IMG/VR virus record: IMGVR_UViG_3300045988_151219
Span: 64,001 to 128,000 of that record
Length of the DNA stretch: 64,000 nucleotides
Source: a virus
Direction: 5' to 3' (one strand)
Shown: positions 19,141 to 28,400 of the stretch, in pieces
Position numbering within the stretch: the stretch's first letter is position 1
Layout: every line of letters starts with the position of its first letter
Translations under genes and position numbers: made by a program
Notes under the pieces: model-generated
Databases searched by the model: none
What the model was told of the DNA's origin: nothing
What the model saw: only the letters and a program-made list of their open reading frames with translations

Positions 19141-19484
19141 TACTTCTGGAAATAGTAGGTCTTGAATATTTCAAATAACGTTCCTCTCTGGACTTGCATA
19201 TTCTCGATTTCAGAACATTTTATAGAGACTTCTCTTCCGTCATTATGCTCTGCCATTAAAAAGGCTGTATTCATAGATAAAGGATTGTGTGTTATTATCT
19301 TGAACCTCGTCTCTTTGACCCACACATATAAAGTATTCCCTTTGCTGAATTTTACTTTAAGACGAACATTTCCCTCTCTTAACTTTCCTAAATAGAAAAC
19401 AGCCGCTCTGATAAGCATTAGTCCTGCTATATTTATTATAGATAATATTCCTATCAGAATATAAAGCAATTCAGCTATAGACAT
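19140..19484 (-). CDS. Hypothetical protein with N-terminal TM anchor
   Basis: 114 aa. N-terminus MSIAELLYILIGILSIINIAGLMLI is hydrophobic. Confidence 0.55.
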   Translation of the reverse strand: MSIAELLYILIGILSIINIAGLMLIRAAVFYLGKLREGNVRLKVKFSKGNTLYVWVKETRFKIITHNPLSMNTAFLMAEHNDGREVSIKCSEIENMQVQRGTLFEIFKTYYFQK

Positions 19485-19486
19485 TA

Positions 19487-20683
19487 TTAAACACTTTCTT
19501 TATATAATATGGCGTCATATTCGTTAGACGATAAACCCATTCCTTTTTCTGTCAGATAAAAAGCAATGGACGACTGTGTGCTAAAAGCTTTGAGGAAAAT
19601 ATAAAGCAGTTTAGACGATATAGTAAAGTTGGAACTCATCGGAGTAGTATCTCCTTCTTTCGACCCTACCAGTGTGAATTTTGAATCGCCTTTCTTTGAT
19701 TTCAAAATAAATTCAACACCTGAATCATTATAGTTAAATTCTACTTTACCTGTACTTGTCGGCAAGATAGATGAAATATCCACCAGCTTATAAAGCTGTG
19801 CATAATCAATATAGCATTTTCCTTTTGCCGCATGGATTATATTATCTATTCCGTCTCTGATAGCCTGCGGTACTGTTGAGTCTGATACTAAGAAAGCATA
19901 CTCAAAATTGGAACCTTTAATGACTTTCCTCTTTGTCACTACTGTCTCGTCTGTCTCCAATATCTCAAGCTCTTCTTCTACCTCTGATAAGACATTCCTA
20001 AGCACGTTTAAATCTTTCACTTTTAAATCCATATTGCTGAAAGATTTTCTGCATGAAATGTTACCCCACATATAAGAAGCATACGCTATGTCTTTGTCAC
20101 ACAGAATACGTCTTTCTGCCGGTGATACTGCATTATTAACTACTGGCGTAAAGTCTTTTACTACAGACAGCAAGTCTATTGAGTTAAGAGACTGCTCTTT
20201 GTGAACACTGTCTTTAAACATAAATTTACTGTTGTCTACTGTATATGTTTCTAAAACGATATCTCCACCAAACAGCTTTAATTTATAATTGTCTCCGTCT
20301 TTGAAAATAACCGTCTTATTCCCTATAGCTCTTGAAAGCTTGTCTAAATAGTCTGTCGGTATGACGATATCTTCCGTCAGCACATTCTCTACATTTATTC
20401 TATCTACTTCATACTTGAAATAAACGTCAAAGTCTGTAATATAGAATTGTACTTTGTCTCCTTCAGGATGTATCAAAATAGCTTTTGAAATGACGTCTCT
20501 TCCTGATACTACAGATAATGTCTTCGCTATTTTTATTAAAAACTTGAACTGCACCCCTGAAAACTTAATGTGAGGTGCTGTAATCTCTTCTTCTACCGTT
20601 CCAAAGTTGGACAAGTCTACGTCTTCCGTATTGTCCATTATAATATTGTCTAATTCGATTTCATTGAACACTGTCTCTTCCAT
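19487..20683 (-). CDS. DNA polymerase sliding-clamp-like protein (DnaN-like)
   Basis: 398 aa, similar in length to DnaN. Weak pattern similarity to beta clamps (IVIPTDYLDKLSRAI; LFGGDIVLETYTVDNSKF). Lies within the replication/recombination gene block. Confidence 0.4.
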   Translation of the reverse strand: MEETVFNEIELDNIIMDNTEDVDLSNFGTVEEEITAPHIKFSGVQFKFLIKIAKTLSVVSGRDVISKAILIHPEGDKVQFYITDFDVYFKYEVDRINVENVLTEDIVIPTDYLDKLSRAIGNKTVIFKDGDNYKLKLFGGDIVLETYTVDNSKFMFKDSVHKEQSLNSIDLLSVVKDFTPVVNNAVSPAERRILCDKDIAYASYMWGNISCRKSFSNMDLKVKDLNVLRNVLSEVEEELEILETDETVVTKRKVIKGSNFEYAFLVSDSTVPQAIRDGIDNIIHAAKGKCYIDYAQLYKLVDISSILPTSTGKVEFNYNDSGVEFILKSKKGDSKFTLVGSKEGDTTPMSSNFTISSKLLYIFLKAFSTQSSIAFYLTEKGMGLSSNEYDAILYKESV

Positions 20684-21650
20684 GCTGGATTCTCCTTACT
20701 ATTCCTCTTTGCTCTAAATAATAAATAATTAAATCTTTCGCTTCTTTGCCGGCAGTTATATTGTCTAAAATAGAATATACTGATGAATTACTTCTCTTCT
20801 TCGACATCATCTCTATCAAGGTGTCAAAGTTATTCGTAAGCTTGCTTGTGAGTTTAGTGATATTCTCACTCTCCATATCTTCACTGCTAAATACCAGCTT
20901 GGGGTCTGTTATCTTCTCCTGATACCTTTGATATTGTATTCCGTCTCCTAATGTCAGCACATCAATATTAAAATAATCCCTCTTGATATTATAATCTTTA
21001 GATGAACCTCTCGACATAGACCCAGGACGAATTATACTCTGGTCTCCTACATATTCTATCGGATAAGGAACGTGGTCATGCCCTAATACATAGTAATCAT
21101 ACCCATATTTTGTGACGTCTTCTTTGTATATCGTCTCAAATCTTTCTCCATACGGAAAATTGTAGTATGAGTGTGAGATGAGAATATTATACTCTCCTCG
21201 GTTTGGAAGCTCATTCACAGCTTTAATAGGTGTATTATAGTCATTCCCTACTAAGACATACTTATCACCATTTATTGTATATTCCAGTGTTACTAAATGC
21301 TCTATCACTTTTGCGTTATAAAGCAACCCTAATGCTGAACGGTGCAGATTAGCTACATTCATATATTGTATATCATGGTTGCCTGTCACTGTTAAAGCTC
21401 TAATGCCCGCTTGCTTATATTCATTGAAGACTTCTATTACTTTATTTAAATAGTCGAACGGCTGGTGAGGTTGGTGGAAGATGTCTCCTAAAAAGATTAC
21501 CGCGTCGATACCGCTCTTGCTCGCAAAGACTTTAATCTGTTTTAATTTCTCTAGCAATGCGTTGGGATAATCGTCTATTCTGCTACGGGGTGCTTGGTAA
21601 TTTAAATGCAAATCTCCGATGAATATTATATTCTTTTCAGTTAAGCTCAT
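20661..21650 (-). CDS. Mre11/SbcD-family nuclease
   Basis: Metallophosphoesterase motifs IGDLHL, FLGDIFH, TGNHD, ISHSY, LGHDH. I chose ATG 21650 (GAGGGTGG RBS) over the upstream GTG. Confidence 0.85.
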   Translation of the reverse strand: MSLTEKNIIFIGDLHLNYQAPRSRIDDYPNALLEKLKQIKVFASKSGIDAVIFLGDIFHQPHQPFDYLNKVIEVFNEYKQAGIRALTVTGNHDIQYMNVANLHRSALGLLYNAKVIEHLVTLEYTINGDKYVLVGNDYNTPIKAVNELPNRGEYNILISHSYYNFPYGERFETIYKEDVTKYGYDYYVLGHDHVPYPIEYVGDQSIIRPGSMSRGSSKDYNIKRDYFNIDVLTLGDGIQYQRYQEKITDPKLVFSSEDMESENITKLTSKLTNNFDTLIEMMSKKRSNSSVYSILDNITAGKEAKDLIIYYLEQRGIVRRIQHGRDSVQ

Positions 21651-22290
21651 GATACCGACCACCCTCTACTTCGTATGTCTTCACCGCATTATGCATAAGA
21701 CGCTCGTCATGCGTGATAAGTACGAATATGAACCCTAACCTCTTGGCTATGTCTTCTATAAACATCTTGAGATAAATTATATATTTGTCCGACAGCTGCG
21801 TGAACGCTTCGTCTAAAAATATAATAGGCGACAGTCCGTGATATTGTATGTAGAATACCTGGAACAAAAAACCTATAGTAACTAATACCCCGCCACCGAC
21901 TGAATCCTTTAGAGATGACTTTAAAATGTCTTCTCCATTCTTTTCAATCAAATAAAGGTTTGCTTGCTTTAAGTTACGCTTGTCTTCTATCTCTATCTCT
22001 ATTTTATATTCTTTGTCATAAAAGATAGTCTTTAAACCCTCATTGATGAAGTTTGCTGCCTCGTTAATGTGTTCAGTAGCCATCGTCTGTATGAGGTTCT
22101 TTAAAAGGTTTAAGCCCTCTTCTTGCAATGTACTTTTCTTAGTAAGCTCTTCGTATTCTTTCTTCTTCTCTTCATAGTTAAGCTTGAACTGGCTTAGCAC
22201 TCGCTTCGTGTTCGTGATTGAGCTTTTCAGACTGATACTTTGCATTTTTGCTTGGTTGTAACGTGATATTATCTCTTCGGCGTTTCCCAT
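21637..22290 (-). CDS. Rad50/SbcC-like ATPase, C-terminal lobe
   Basis: SVGGGVLVTIGFLFQ (signature-like), IIFLDEAFTQL (Walker B), LITHDERL (H-loop). In the same frame as 22294..22548, separated only by TGA-CAG. Confidence 0.7.
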   Translation of the reverse strand: MGNAEEIISRYNQAKMQSISLKSSITNTKRVLSQFKLNYEEKKKEYEELTKKSTLQEEGLNLLKNLIQTMATEHINEAANFINEGLKTIFYDKEYKIEIEIEDKRNLKQANLYLIEKNGEDILKSSLKDSVGGGVLVTIGFLFQVFYIQYHGLSPIIFLDEAFTQLSDKYIIYLKMFIEDIAKRLGFIFVLITHDERLMHNAVKTYEVEGGRYHELN

Positions 22291-22293
22291 CTG

Positions 22294-22548
22294 TCAATCT
22301 TCCTTAATATCTAAAGAAAGACTTTCTTCGGCTTTCGCTAAAGCTCTCTCTATTTCTTCACTTAACCTCTGCACTTCGGTCTCTGCTTCTTCCAAAGTGT
22401 TAAGGTTATATTTTTCTTTTAGCTCTTTAAGTAACGCTCCCTCTCTTTCTTTTAGTACAGACAGCTTCCCGCTTAATTCGACCTGCTCTTCTTTCAGCTT
22501 GTCTCTTTTCTCGGTTAGCTCTCTGAACCGCTCTTTCATTTCTTCCAT
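22294..22548 (-). CDS. Coiled-coil segment of split Rad50/SbcC
   Basis: 84-aa heptad-rich ORF with its own AAAGGAGGAG RBS. Located between the two ATPase halves. Confidence 0.55.
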   Translation of the reverse strand: MEEMKERFRELTEKRDKLKEEQVELSGKLSVLKEREGALLKELKEKYNLNTLEEAETEVQRLSEEIERALAKAEESLSLDIKED

Positions 22549-22561
22549 CTTCGCTCCTCCT

Positions 22562-23788
22562 TTATTTTAAGATTGAGTGGCAGTATGGACAGGCTTTGAA
22601 TGTTGTCAGTTCTTCCTCCACTTCTTTTTGAGTTGAAAGTGTCTTTGTCAGAAGCTGCCCCGCTGCCACTCTTTCTTTGAATACCTGTGATAGTTCCTTT
22701 GTTAGCTCTTCTATATATAATACTTTGGCTGGGTCTATCTTTTTCAGGCTCTCACTATTTTTTAGCTTTTTGTTTATTTTTTGTATCTTGCTCTCTATTT
22801 TCTCTATATTATTCTTTGTCTCTTTTTCTTCTTCTATCCTCTTTGACATTAGCTCTGCTGTCTCAATCTTCGTTGTTAGCTTGCTTAAGTCTTCTGTGTT
22901 CTGTATCTTATTCTCTATATTCTTTATATTATCTTTTTTCTCTTTTATTGCTTCTTTTACGTTTTTAGTTTCTTTAATTATTGTATTAATTGCTTCTATC
23001 TTCTCTATATCTTCTTTTTTAGGTAATTTGATATTATTTAGCTTATTCATTATATTGGTATTTTTGTTTTCTATCTTCTCTATATTATTCTTTGTCTCTT
23101 TGATGTCTTTTTCTATATTGTGTATGTGATTTAGTTCGTTAGCTTTACTGTCTAATTTTAAGATTGTATCGGCTGCTTCTTCGGACTCTTTTAGTTTATT
23201 GAGTCGGTTGCTTTCTTCTAAAGCAAGATTTTTGTTGGTGTCCATGGTATTTTTACAAAGCAAGATGTCTCGCTTGATACCTTTGAAGTCCTGCACCATG
23301 TCTGCTTGGACTTCCCCTAAATTTTCAAATTCAGAAGAGTATGAAAAGAATTTGAAAAGTTCTGATGGTGTCCTATTCAGTAAAAATGGATATGCCATCT
23401 GTGAATAAAAGTTAAGACGCTCTTTTGTTCCTGTAACGTCTACTTCTTTTATACCAAACGTATTCGCTAATTCCTCAAGCTGATTTCTTCCTATCTTAGA
23501 ATATGTTTTGCCATCAATTATATAAGTAGTCTTGATAGATGAATCTTTGTCTCTCGCCCATATGAAATAATGATTCCGATAAGAGAACTTGACAGCAGCT
23601 TTTTTAGCTCCCTTAGTAATGTGTGATTCTCTGGCTAAATTAAAAATTGATGTTTCTAACGCTCTAAATAAAGAAGATTTACCCTGATTGCTGGAACCTA
23701 AGATTAAGTTCAGTCCAGGCTTAAATTCTATTTTAGCATTTTTTATTCTTTGATAGTTTCTAATTTCAATCTTGAGTGAGTTATCCAT
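22562..23788 (-). CDS. Rad50/SbcC-like ATPase, N-terminal lobe plus coiled coil, ending at the zinc hook
   Basis: LILGSSNQGKSSLF (Walker A), then a long Lys/Glu coiled coil. The C-terminus FKACPYCHSILK carries the CxxC hook 5 residues before the stop. Confidence 0.75.
   Translation of the reverse strand: MDNSLKIEIRNYQRIKNAKIEFKPGLNLILGSSNQGKSSLFRALETSIFNLARESHITKGAKKAAVKFSYRNHYFIWARDKDSSIKTTYIIDGKTYSKIGRNQLEELANTFGIKEVDVTGTKERLNFYSQMAYPFLLNRTPSELFKFFSYSSEFENLGEVQADMVQDFKGIKRDILLCKNTMDTNKNLALEESNRLNKLKESEEAADTILKLDSKANELNHIHNIEKDIKETKNNIEKIENKNTNIMNKLNNIKLPKKEDIEKIEAINTIIKETKNVKEAIKEKKDNIKNIENKIQNTEDLSKLTTKIETAELMSKRIEEEKETKNNIEKIESKIQKINKKLKNSESLKKIDPAKVLYIEELTKELSQVFKERVAAGQLLTKTLSTQKEVEEELTTFKACPYCHSILK
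22801..22825. repeat. 25-nt direct repeat, copy 1 (copy 2 at 23077..23101)
   Basis: tctctatattattctttgtctcttt occurs twice inside the coiled-coil coding region, encoding ETKNNIEKIE both times. Confidence 0.8.
23077..23101. repeat. 25-nt direct repeat, copy 2
   Basis: Identical to 22801..22825. Confidence 0.8.
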
Positions 23789-24787
23789 TTATGTTTTTAT
23801 CTCTCCTTTCTCCAGTTCAACAATATGTTTCCCTATATCATATACTACGTTTACTGTTACAGCATTTCCTGCTTGTTTATATAATTGTTCAGTGCTATTA
23901 CATAATAAAGCTTTATGAAACTGCTCGTCAGTAAACCCTTGTAGCCCCCAGCACTCCTTTGGAGTAAGCTTTCTTATATAACACTTAACTCCATTAGATA
24001 ATAAAACTCCGCTTATCTCACCTTTATGGTTGCTTGTTCCTTTATTGCAACCAGTCGTAAGACATCTTGCATATTCAGTTAGTTTTACTTCTTTCTCTGA
24101 AAGGTCTATGAATTGACAGTATAAACCTGTTTTTGCTCCTATACCTCCACCTTGCGATGTTATAGTACAAGCCAAATCTAAATTATATACTCTATCTCCT
24201 TGAGAACCATTTATAATTTCTTTAAGAGTTCTCTCACTTTTTCTTGTGACAGGAAGTAGCGACTGTCCTTTGTGTTCTCCATTATATCCCGCAATGTACA
24301 CTCGCTCACGGCTTTGCGGAACTCCGTAGGCTTTTGAGTTGTAAACACGCCATTCAAGACTGTACCCTCTCGCAGCCATTTCAGACAAGACCTGGAAGAA
24401 TCCCCAGCCATCATCAATTGAAAGCAAGTTCTTAACGTTTTCAGCGATAAGCCATTTGGGTCTATTTCCGCCTGCTTCGTCAAGAAGCCGCATAATCTCA
24501 TAAAATAAGCCACTTCTGGTTCCTCGTTTGATACCTGCTTGTTTCCCTGCAATGGATACATCTTGGCATGGAAACCCGAAGGTCCATATGTCGGCTTTTG
24601 GTATTTTGTCGCCTCTAACTTTTTGGACATCATTTGCAAACCATAATCCCTCCGTGTTATATAAAGCTCTATAACTTCTTTGAGCATATTTATTAAATTC
24701 ACACCAGCCAATACATTTCATTCCCGCCTTCTCAAACCCTGAATGAAATCCACCTATGCCAGCGAAAAAGTCAATAAAAGTTAGCAT
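23789..24787 (-). CDS. dcm: C5-cytosine DNA methyltransferase
   Basis: FAGIGGF (motif I), GFPCQDVSIAGK (motif IV), ENVKNL (motif VI), QSRERVYI (motif VIII), GNAVTVNV (motif X). Confidence 0.9.
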   Translation of the reverse strand: MLTFIDFFAGIGGFHSGFEKAGMKCIGWCEFNKYAQRSYRALYNTEGLWFANDVQKVRGDKIPKADIWTFGFPCQDVSIAGKQAGIKRGTRSGLFYEIMRLLDEAGGNRPKWLIAENVKNLLSIDDGWGFFQVLSEMAARGYSLEWRVYNSKAYGVPQSRERVYIAGYNGEHKGQSLLPVTRKSERTLKEIINGSQGDRVYNLDLACTITSQGGGIGAKTGLYCQFIDLSEKEVKLTEYARCLTTGCNKGTSNHKGEISGVLLSNGVKCYIRKLTPKECWGLQGFTDEQFHKALLCNSTEQLYKQAGNAVTVNVVYDIGKHIVELEKGEIKT

Positions 24788-24827
24788 TCTTTTTCCTCTT
24801 AAAAATTTTAGAATTTGAATTTATTAT

Positions 24828-24836
24828 ATATTATAC
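24828..24836 (-). promoter_or_regulatory. GTATAATAT element, site 3 (upstream of dcm)
   Basis: Minus strand reads ctgaaaacaGTATAATATataataaa, about 40 nt upstream of ATG 24787. Confidence 0.45.
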
Positions 24837-25000
24837 TGTTTTCAGCAAAAAATGTTTCTAAACATATTTTGTAAAAATCGTATCATTTTAAATTCTTCCT
24901 CCCGTAAAATGTCAGTAAACCTTATAAGAATCGTACAAAAAGAAGCTTTTACCAAACATATTGTTCAATATCAGCTTCCTTTTCTTTATTTTATGTATAT

Positions 25001-25396
25001 TTAATTATTTTCTATTAAATCTTCGGTGATATAATCTCCGTTACTTTGTTCTTCTCCGCTATAAATTTCATAGCGGTATTCTCTATTCGGATACATAATA
25101 AAGAATTTAAAATAATCTACACCATGCTTTTTGAAAAAATCATTCCTAAGTTCCTTCTCCCTACTTACAGATATATTCTTAAACTTCGGTTTTTTAATAT
25201 ACACATTATATAAAAGGTTTACCACGTTTAGCTTTATTGAATTTTCTTCCCGTTCTTTCTGATATATTTCTTCTTTAATCTCTAACTGTCTTTTAGCATC
25301 TTTAACTCGTTGTTCATCTCGGCTTATCATTACAATACGTGCTCTTTTATATGGATTATCATAATCGGTACATATTTCTTGCAATACATATATCAT
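25001..25396 (-). CDS. Hypothetical protein
   Basis: I chose ATG 25396 (GGAGGAATAAT RBS, 1 nt after the upstream stop) instead of the longer track ORF. Lys/Glu-rich. Confidence 0.55.
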   Translation of the reverse strand: MIYVLQEICTDYDNPYKRARIVMISRDEQRVKDAKRQLEIKEEIYQKEREENSIKLNVVNLLYNVYIKKPKFKNISVSREKELRNDFFKKHGVDYFKFFIMYPNREYRYEIYSGEEQSNGDYITEDLIENN

Positions 25397-25397
25397 A

Positions 25398-25628
25398 TTA
25401 TTCCTCCGTTTTATTTCTATAAAGATGTTCAACTATTCTAAAAGTGCTTTCAGCATTAGCGTTACTTTCTCCAATAGCTTTTACTATACGCTGTAATAAC
25501 TCTTTTATAGCCTCATTATCTTCTTTCAAAATATTTACTTCTTTCCTTAAGTCACTCACATTCAGCTTTAAATTTCTATTCTCCAGTTTTAAAGCATTGA
25601 CTTTAATTGATAACTTCAAAATATCCAT
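25398..25628 (-). CDS. Small coiled-coil protein
   Basis: 76 aa with leucine-heptad character. First gene downstream of consensus promoter copy a. Confidence 0.55.
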   Translation of the reverse strand: MDILKLSIKVNALKLENRNLKLNVSDLRKEVNILKEDNEAIKELLQRIVKAIGESNANAESTFRIVEHLYRNKTEE

Positions 25629-25671
25629 TATTGTTTTCCTTTCTTCTACAACACATTTAATTTACAAGTAT

Positions 25672-25700
25672 ATTATAAAAGAAATTGTAATATATGTCAA
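25672..25700 (-). promoter_or_regulatory. Consensus sigma-70-type promoter, copy a
   Basis: Minus strand reads cTTGACAtatattacaatttctttTATAATa. The -35 is at 25700-25695 and the -10 at 25677-25672, with a 17-nt spacer. The -35 overlaps the stop codon of the HD gene. Confidence 0.75.
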
Positions 25701-26356
25701 GCTTTATTTTCTATAATAAATCCGCTCCATTGGTCAGCATGTTGCAGTAATAATGCTAAAGGACATTCTTTACAAGCATACTCTTTGTTAGCATTAACAT
25801 ACTGTCCGTCATGTATTAAGATAGCCTGAAATTCTTCCGGTGTAAGTTTAAAATGCCACGTTAAATAATAAAGAGACCTGTGAGGAACAGACATAAACGG
25901 ATAAAGCTTAGTGTTATATTGATAACCAGCTTTCCAATCAGGTTTCTCTAAATATAAAGGATTATGAGGATTACCTGCTTTACCAAAATCATGAAATAAC
26001 CCGCAAAAAGCTACGGAACTTCTGAATACATTAGGCATAGAATCTTTATGTGCTTCATAAAGATTTAAAGCTGTTTCAGCTACATTAAGTGAATGTTCTA
26101 AAAGACCAAATTTCCTATTTAAATGATACTTAGTAGAAGCTGGAGCTGTAAGAAATCCGAAATCTTTAATCACCTCTGTAAAGAAAATTTTAAAACTGTC
26201 GATAAATTGAGAATCTCTTCCTTCTAAAATAACGTTAATAATTTTAGGCAATCTTCTATCAAATAACTCCGGATTTTCTTCCGGATAGTTTTTACTTGGC
26301 TTATCATCACTAAAATGTAAGTCGTCTAAAATGTCTTGATAATTAGTATACATCAT
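25697..26356 (-). CDS. HD-domain phosphohydrolase
   Basis: HSLNVAETAL... and GLFHDFGKAG (the H...HD motif), plus ILIHDGQY. ATG 26356 with a GAGGAG RBS. Confidence 0.7.
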   Translation of the reverse strand: MMYTNYQDILDDLHFSDDKPSKNYPEENPELFDRRLPKIINVILEGRDSQFIDSFKIFFTEVIKDFGFLTAPASTKYHLNRKFGLLEHSLNVAETALNLYEAHKDSMPNVFRSSVAFCGLFHDFGKAGNPHNPLYLEKPDWKAGYQYNTKLYPFMSVPHRSLYYLTWHFKLTPEEFQAILIHDGQYVNANKEYACKECPLALLLQHADQWSGFIIENKA

Positions 26357-26708
26357 CTTCCAACTCCTCAAAAGAATTTAACCAGTCCTGCATAGTTTCT
26401 GCTTCTTCTTTATCTTTTAAATGCTTGATGTAATATCTGATAGTCTTCTTATCATTATCATCTTTAGGGTCTAATACTATAGTGTCTTTATCCGGTTTCT
26501 GATTTATATTGTCATAAACATAAAATCTCGGACATATTTCATTGTGGGCATCTGAAAGTGAAATCCTTAAGGTAGACGCCATCTCTAATACTAATTCAGA
26601 AAGTTTGTCTAAACAGTCTAATTGGTCATAGGGTGTAGTAGACATATCTAAATCGTATAGAAGTTTTGATATCTCTTTCTTGTCTTGTTCTGTCATATTA
26701 AGCTTCAT
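26343..26708 (-). CDS. Hypothetical acidic protein
   Basis: 121-aa ORF. No motif recognised. Confidence 0.55.
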   Translation of the reverse strand: MKLNMTEQDKKEISKLLYDLDMSTTPYDQLDCLDKLSELVLEMASTLRISLSDAHNEICPRFYVYDNINQKPDKDTIVLDPKDDNDKKTIRYYIKHLKDKEEAETMQDWLNSFEELEDDVY

Positions 26709-27729
26709 CCTCGTCTACTACTAATTTTACTCCGCCTTTAGCATTAAACAGTTGCTTGACTTCATCTAAGTTATCCCTTACTAATGCAGAAAGTTTAACC
26801 TGTCCTCTCACTTTAACCATCTCTTTCATAGACGGTAACTGTACATCATACATACCCATCTTGTGAGCTTTGACGTATCCTTCATTAATGAGGAATGTAC
26901 TGTAATAAGAAATGTTTGAAATACCTTTACCAAAATAAATTGCTATCTCTGCTTTCACAAAAGGTCTGTTATATCTATTCTTTTCTGAATAAATAGTGTT
27001 TATTGCTCCATAAGGTGTTTCTTCTCTTCCGGTAATTGTTGATACCATCTTCTTAAGCTTAGTCTTAAGAGTCATCAGAAGCCTAATATCCATATTAAAT
27101 TTCTGTGCAGACCCACCAGCAGCTTCATAAGTTGAACCTCTCATAAAGTTAATCTTATTGCGCATCTGATTAATAAATAAAAAGCTTGCCGGACATCCGG
27201 AATTTTTAAGTTTTGCTTTATATTTAGGTAAAAATAAAGACATATACCTTGCTTGAAGTCCTGGCTCTATTTCCGCAATTGATTTCTCAAGCACCTTTTC
27301 CGGAAATAAATTTGTTATAGAGTCTATTACTATCAATGCAAATCTGTCGTCCGGTATCAATATTGAATCTAAAATCTCTTCCGCCTCTTCAAACGTACTA
27401 ATTTGCCTATGAAAAAAGCTCTTATTTAAATAATCTTTTAGTCCAAAGGATTCTATTTGCGTATCATTTACAGCTTTTTCACTATCTAAATAAAATGTAA
27501 TATAACCATTGGCACACAAGGTTTTACAAATATGAAGTGCCATAGTCGATTTACCACAACCTGATTCAGATGAAAGCTGTATAAATTTTCTTCTCGGAAA
27601 CCCTTTACCGTTAGACAGAACAGCGTCAAATACAATAGAACCTGATTCTAAAAATTCATCTTTATCTACTTCGGTCGTGTCGTCCTGGCATAATGCCGTA
27701 AGCGATTTTACTAAGTCTTGTGTTGCCAT
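26698..27729 (-). CDS. RecA-superfamily recombinase/ATPase
   Basis: SSESGCGKSTMAL (Walker A) and ALIVIDSITNL (Walker B). 343 aa. Located next to the RuvC-like gene. Confidence 0.6.
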   Translation of the reverse strand: MATQDLVKSLTALCQDDTTEVDKDEFLESGSIVFDAVLSNGKGFPRRKFIQLSSESGCGKSTMALHICKTLCANGYITFYLDSEKAVNDTQIESFGLKDYLNKSFFHRQISTFEEAEEILDSILIPDDRFALIVIDSITNLFPEKVLEKSIAEIEPGLQARYMSLFLPKYKAKLKNSGCPASFLFINQMRNKINFMRGSTYEAAGGSAQKFNMDIRLLMTLKTKLKKMVSTITGREETPYGAINTIYSEKNRYNRPFVKAEIAIYFGKGISNISYYSTFLINEGYVKAHKMGMYDVQLPSMKEMVKVRGQVKLSALVRDNLDEVKQLFNAKGGVKLVVDEDEA

Positions 27730-28328
27730 TATTTACTCCTTGTGTATAATAATTTTTCTTTCTCTTCGTGAAATCTTCGCCTCATCGGTAAGTCTTTACA
27801 GTTTTTTCCGCTTGGTAATATTATACCATTCCTCACCATAAGTCTAAAGAGAAAGATAAAAGATTCTGCTGTGTCATTATTGAGTCTATTAGTATATTGT
27901 ATAACTGTTACTTTATTAAGCTTTAAAGTGTCGATTATCTCTTTAGCTAAAATAACAGATTCAGATTTAATAGACTTCTTCGCCTCTTTAACATATTTAC
28001 AATATGTAGGATGTAAATTGTAAATCGTATTAATTCCTTTATCATGTATTAACCTATAGAAAATATGAGTATCCAGTGTATATAGTCCTGATGAAAATAA
28101 AGCAGTAGGCAACGGTTCTTCTGATATAAGTGTGTCTAAATCCCCTTTGGAATATAAAGCATCAACAACCCTATCTCCGAATAAAAGAACTCTATTAAAC
28201 ATTGCCTGATAAGTTTTTTCAGTTGATTCTAATTTTGAAACTGCATCTAAAAATAAAAATGAACGCTCTGTATCATAAATAGAAATACCTGTCCTTGTAA
28301 ATGACGGGTCAAGCCCTGCTATTAACAT
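27729..28328 (-). CDS. RuvC-like Holliday junction resolvase
   Basis: The N-terminus MLIAGLDPSFTRTGISIYD matches the RuvC-type first catalytic Asp block. Confidence 0.55.
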   Translation of the reverse strand: MLIAGLDPSFTRTGISIYDTERSFLFLDAVSKLESTEKTYQAMFNRVLLFGDRVVDALYSKGDLDTLISEEPLPTALFSSGLYTLDTHIFYRLIHDKGINTIYNLHPTYCKYVKEAKKSIKSESVILAKEIIDTLKLNKVTVIQYTNRLNNDTAESFIFLFRLMVRNGIILPSGKNCKDLPMRRRFHEEKEKLLYTRSK

Positions 28329-28347
28329 TATACTCTCCCTATAAATG

Positions 28348-28382
28348 AAAAAAGAGATTATCTACTTTAATAAATAATCTCT
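28348..28382 (-). terminator. Rho-independent terminator after 28401..29174
   Basis: Perfect 9-bp stem agagattat/ataatctct with a 12-nt loop. Followed on the minus strand by UUUUUCAUUU. Confidence 0.6.
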
Positions 28383-28400
28383 CCTTTCCGTTACGATATA

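Noticed and set aside
21184-21192. A GTATAATAT copy inside the Mre11-like gene.
   Set aside because: It lies deep inside coding sequence (it encodes GEYNIL), lacks the A-rich upstream flank of the junction copies, and has no gene start downstream. It is probably a chance occurrence.
24211-24711. A 166-aa minus-strand ORF overlapping the dcm gene in another frame.
   Set aside because: The overlapping frame carries all C5-methyltransferase motifs. This ORF has none and is fully nested.
24842-24886. A 14-codon mini-ORF (MIRFLQNMFRNIFC) with a strong GGGAGGAAG RBS in the spacer upstream of dcm, as a possible leader peptide.
   Set aside because: There is no associated alternative structure or terminator, and it is too short to evaluate. 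Recorded only as a curiosity.
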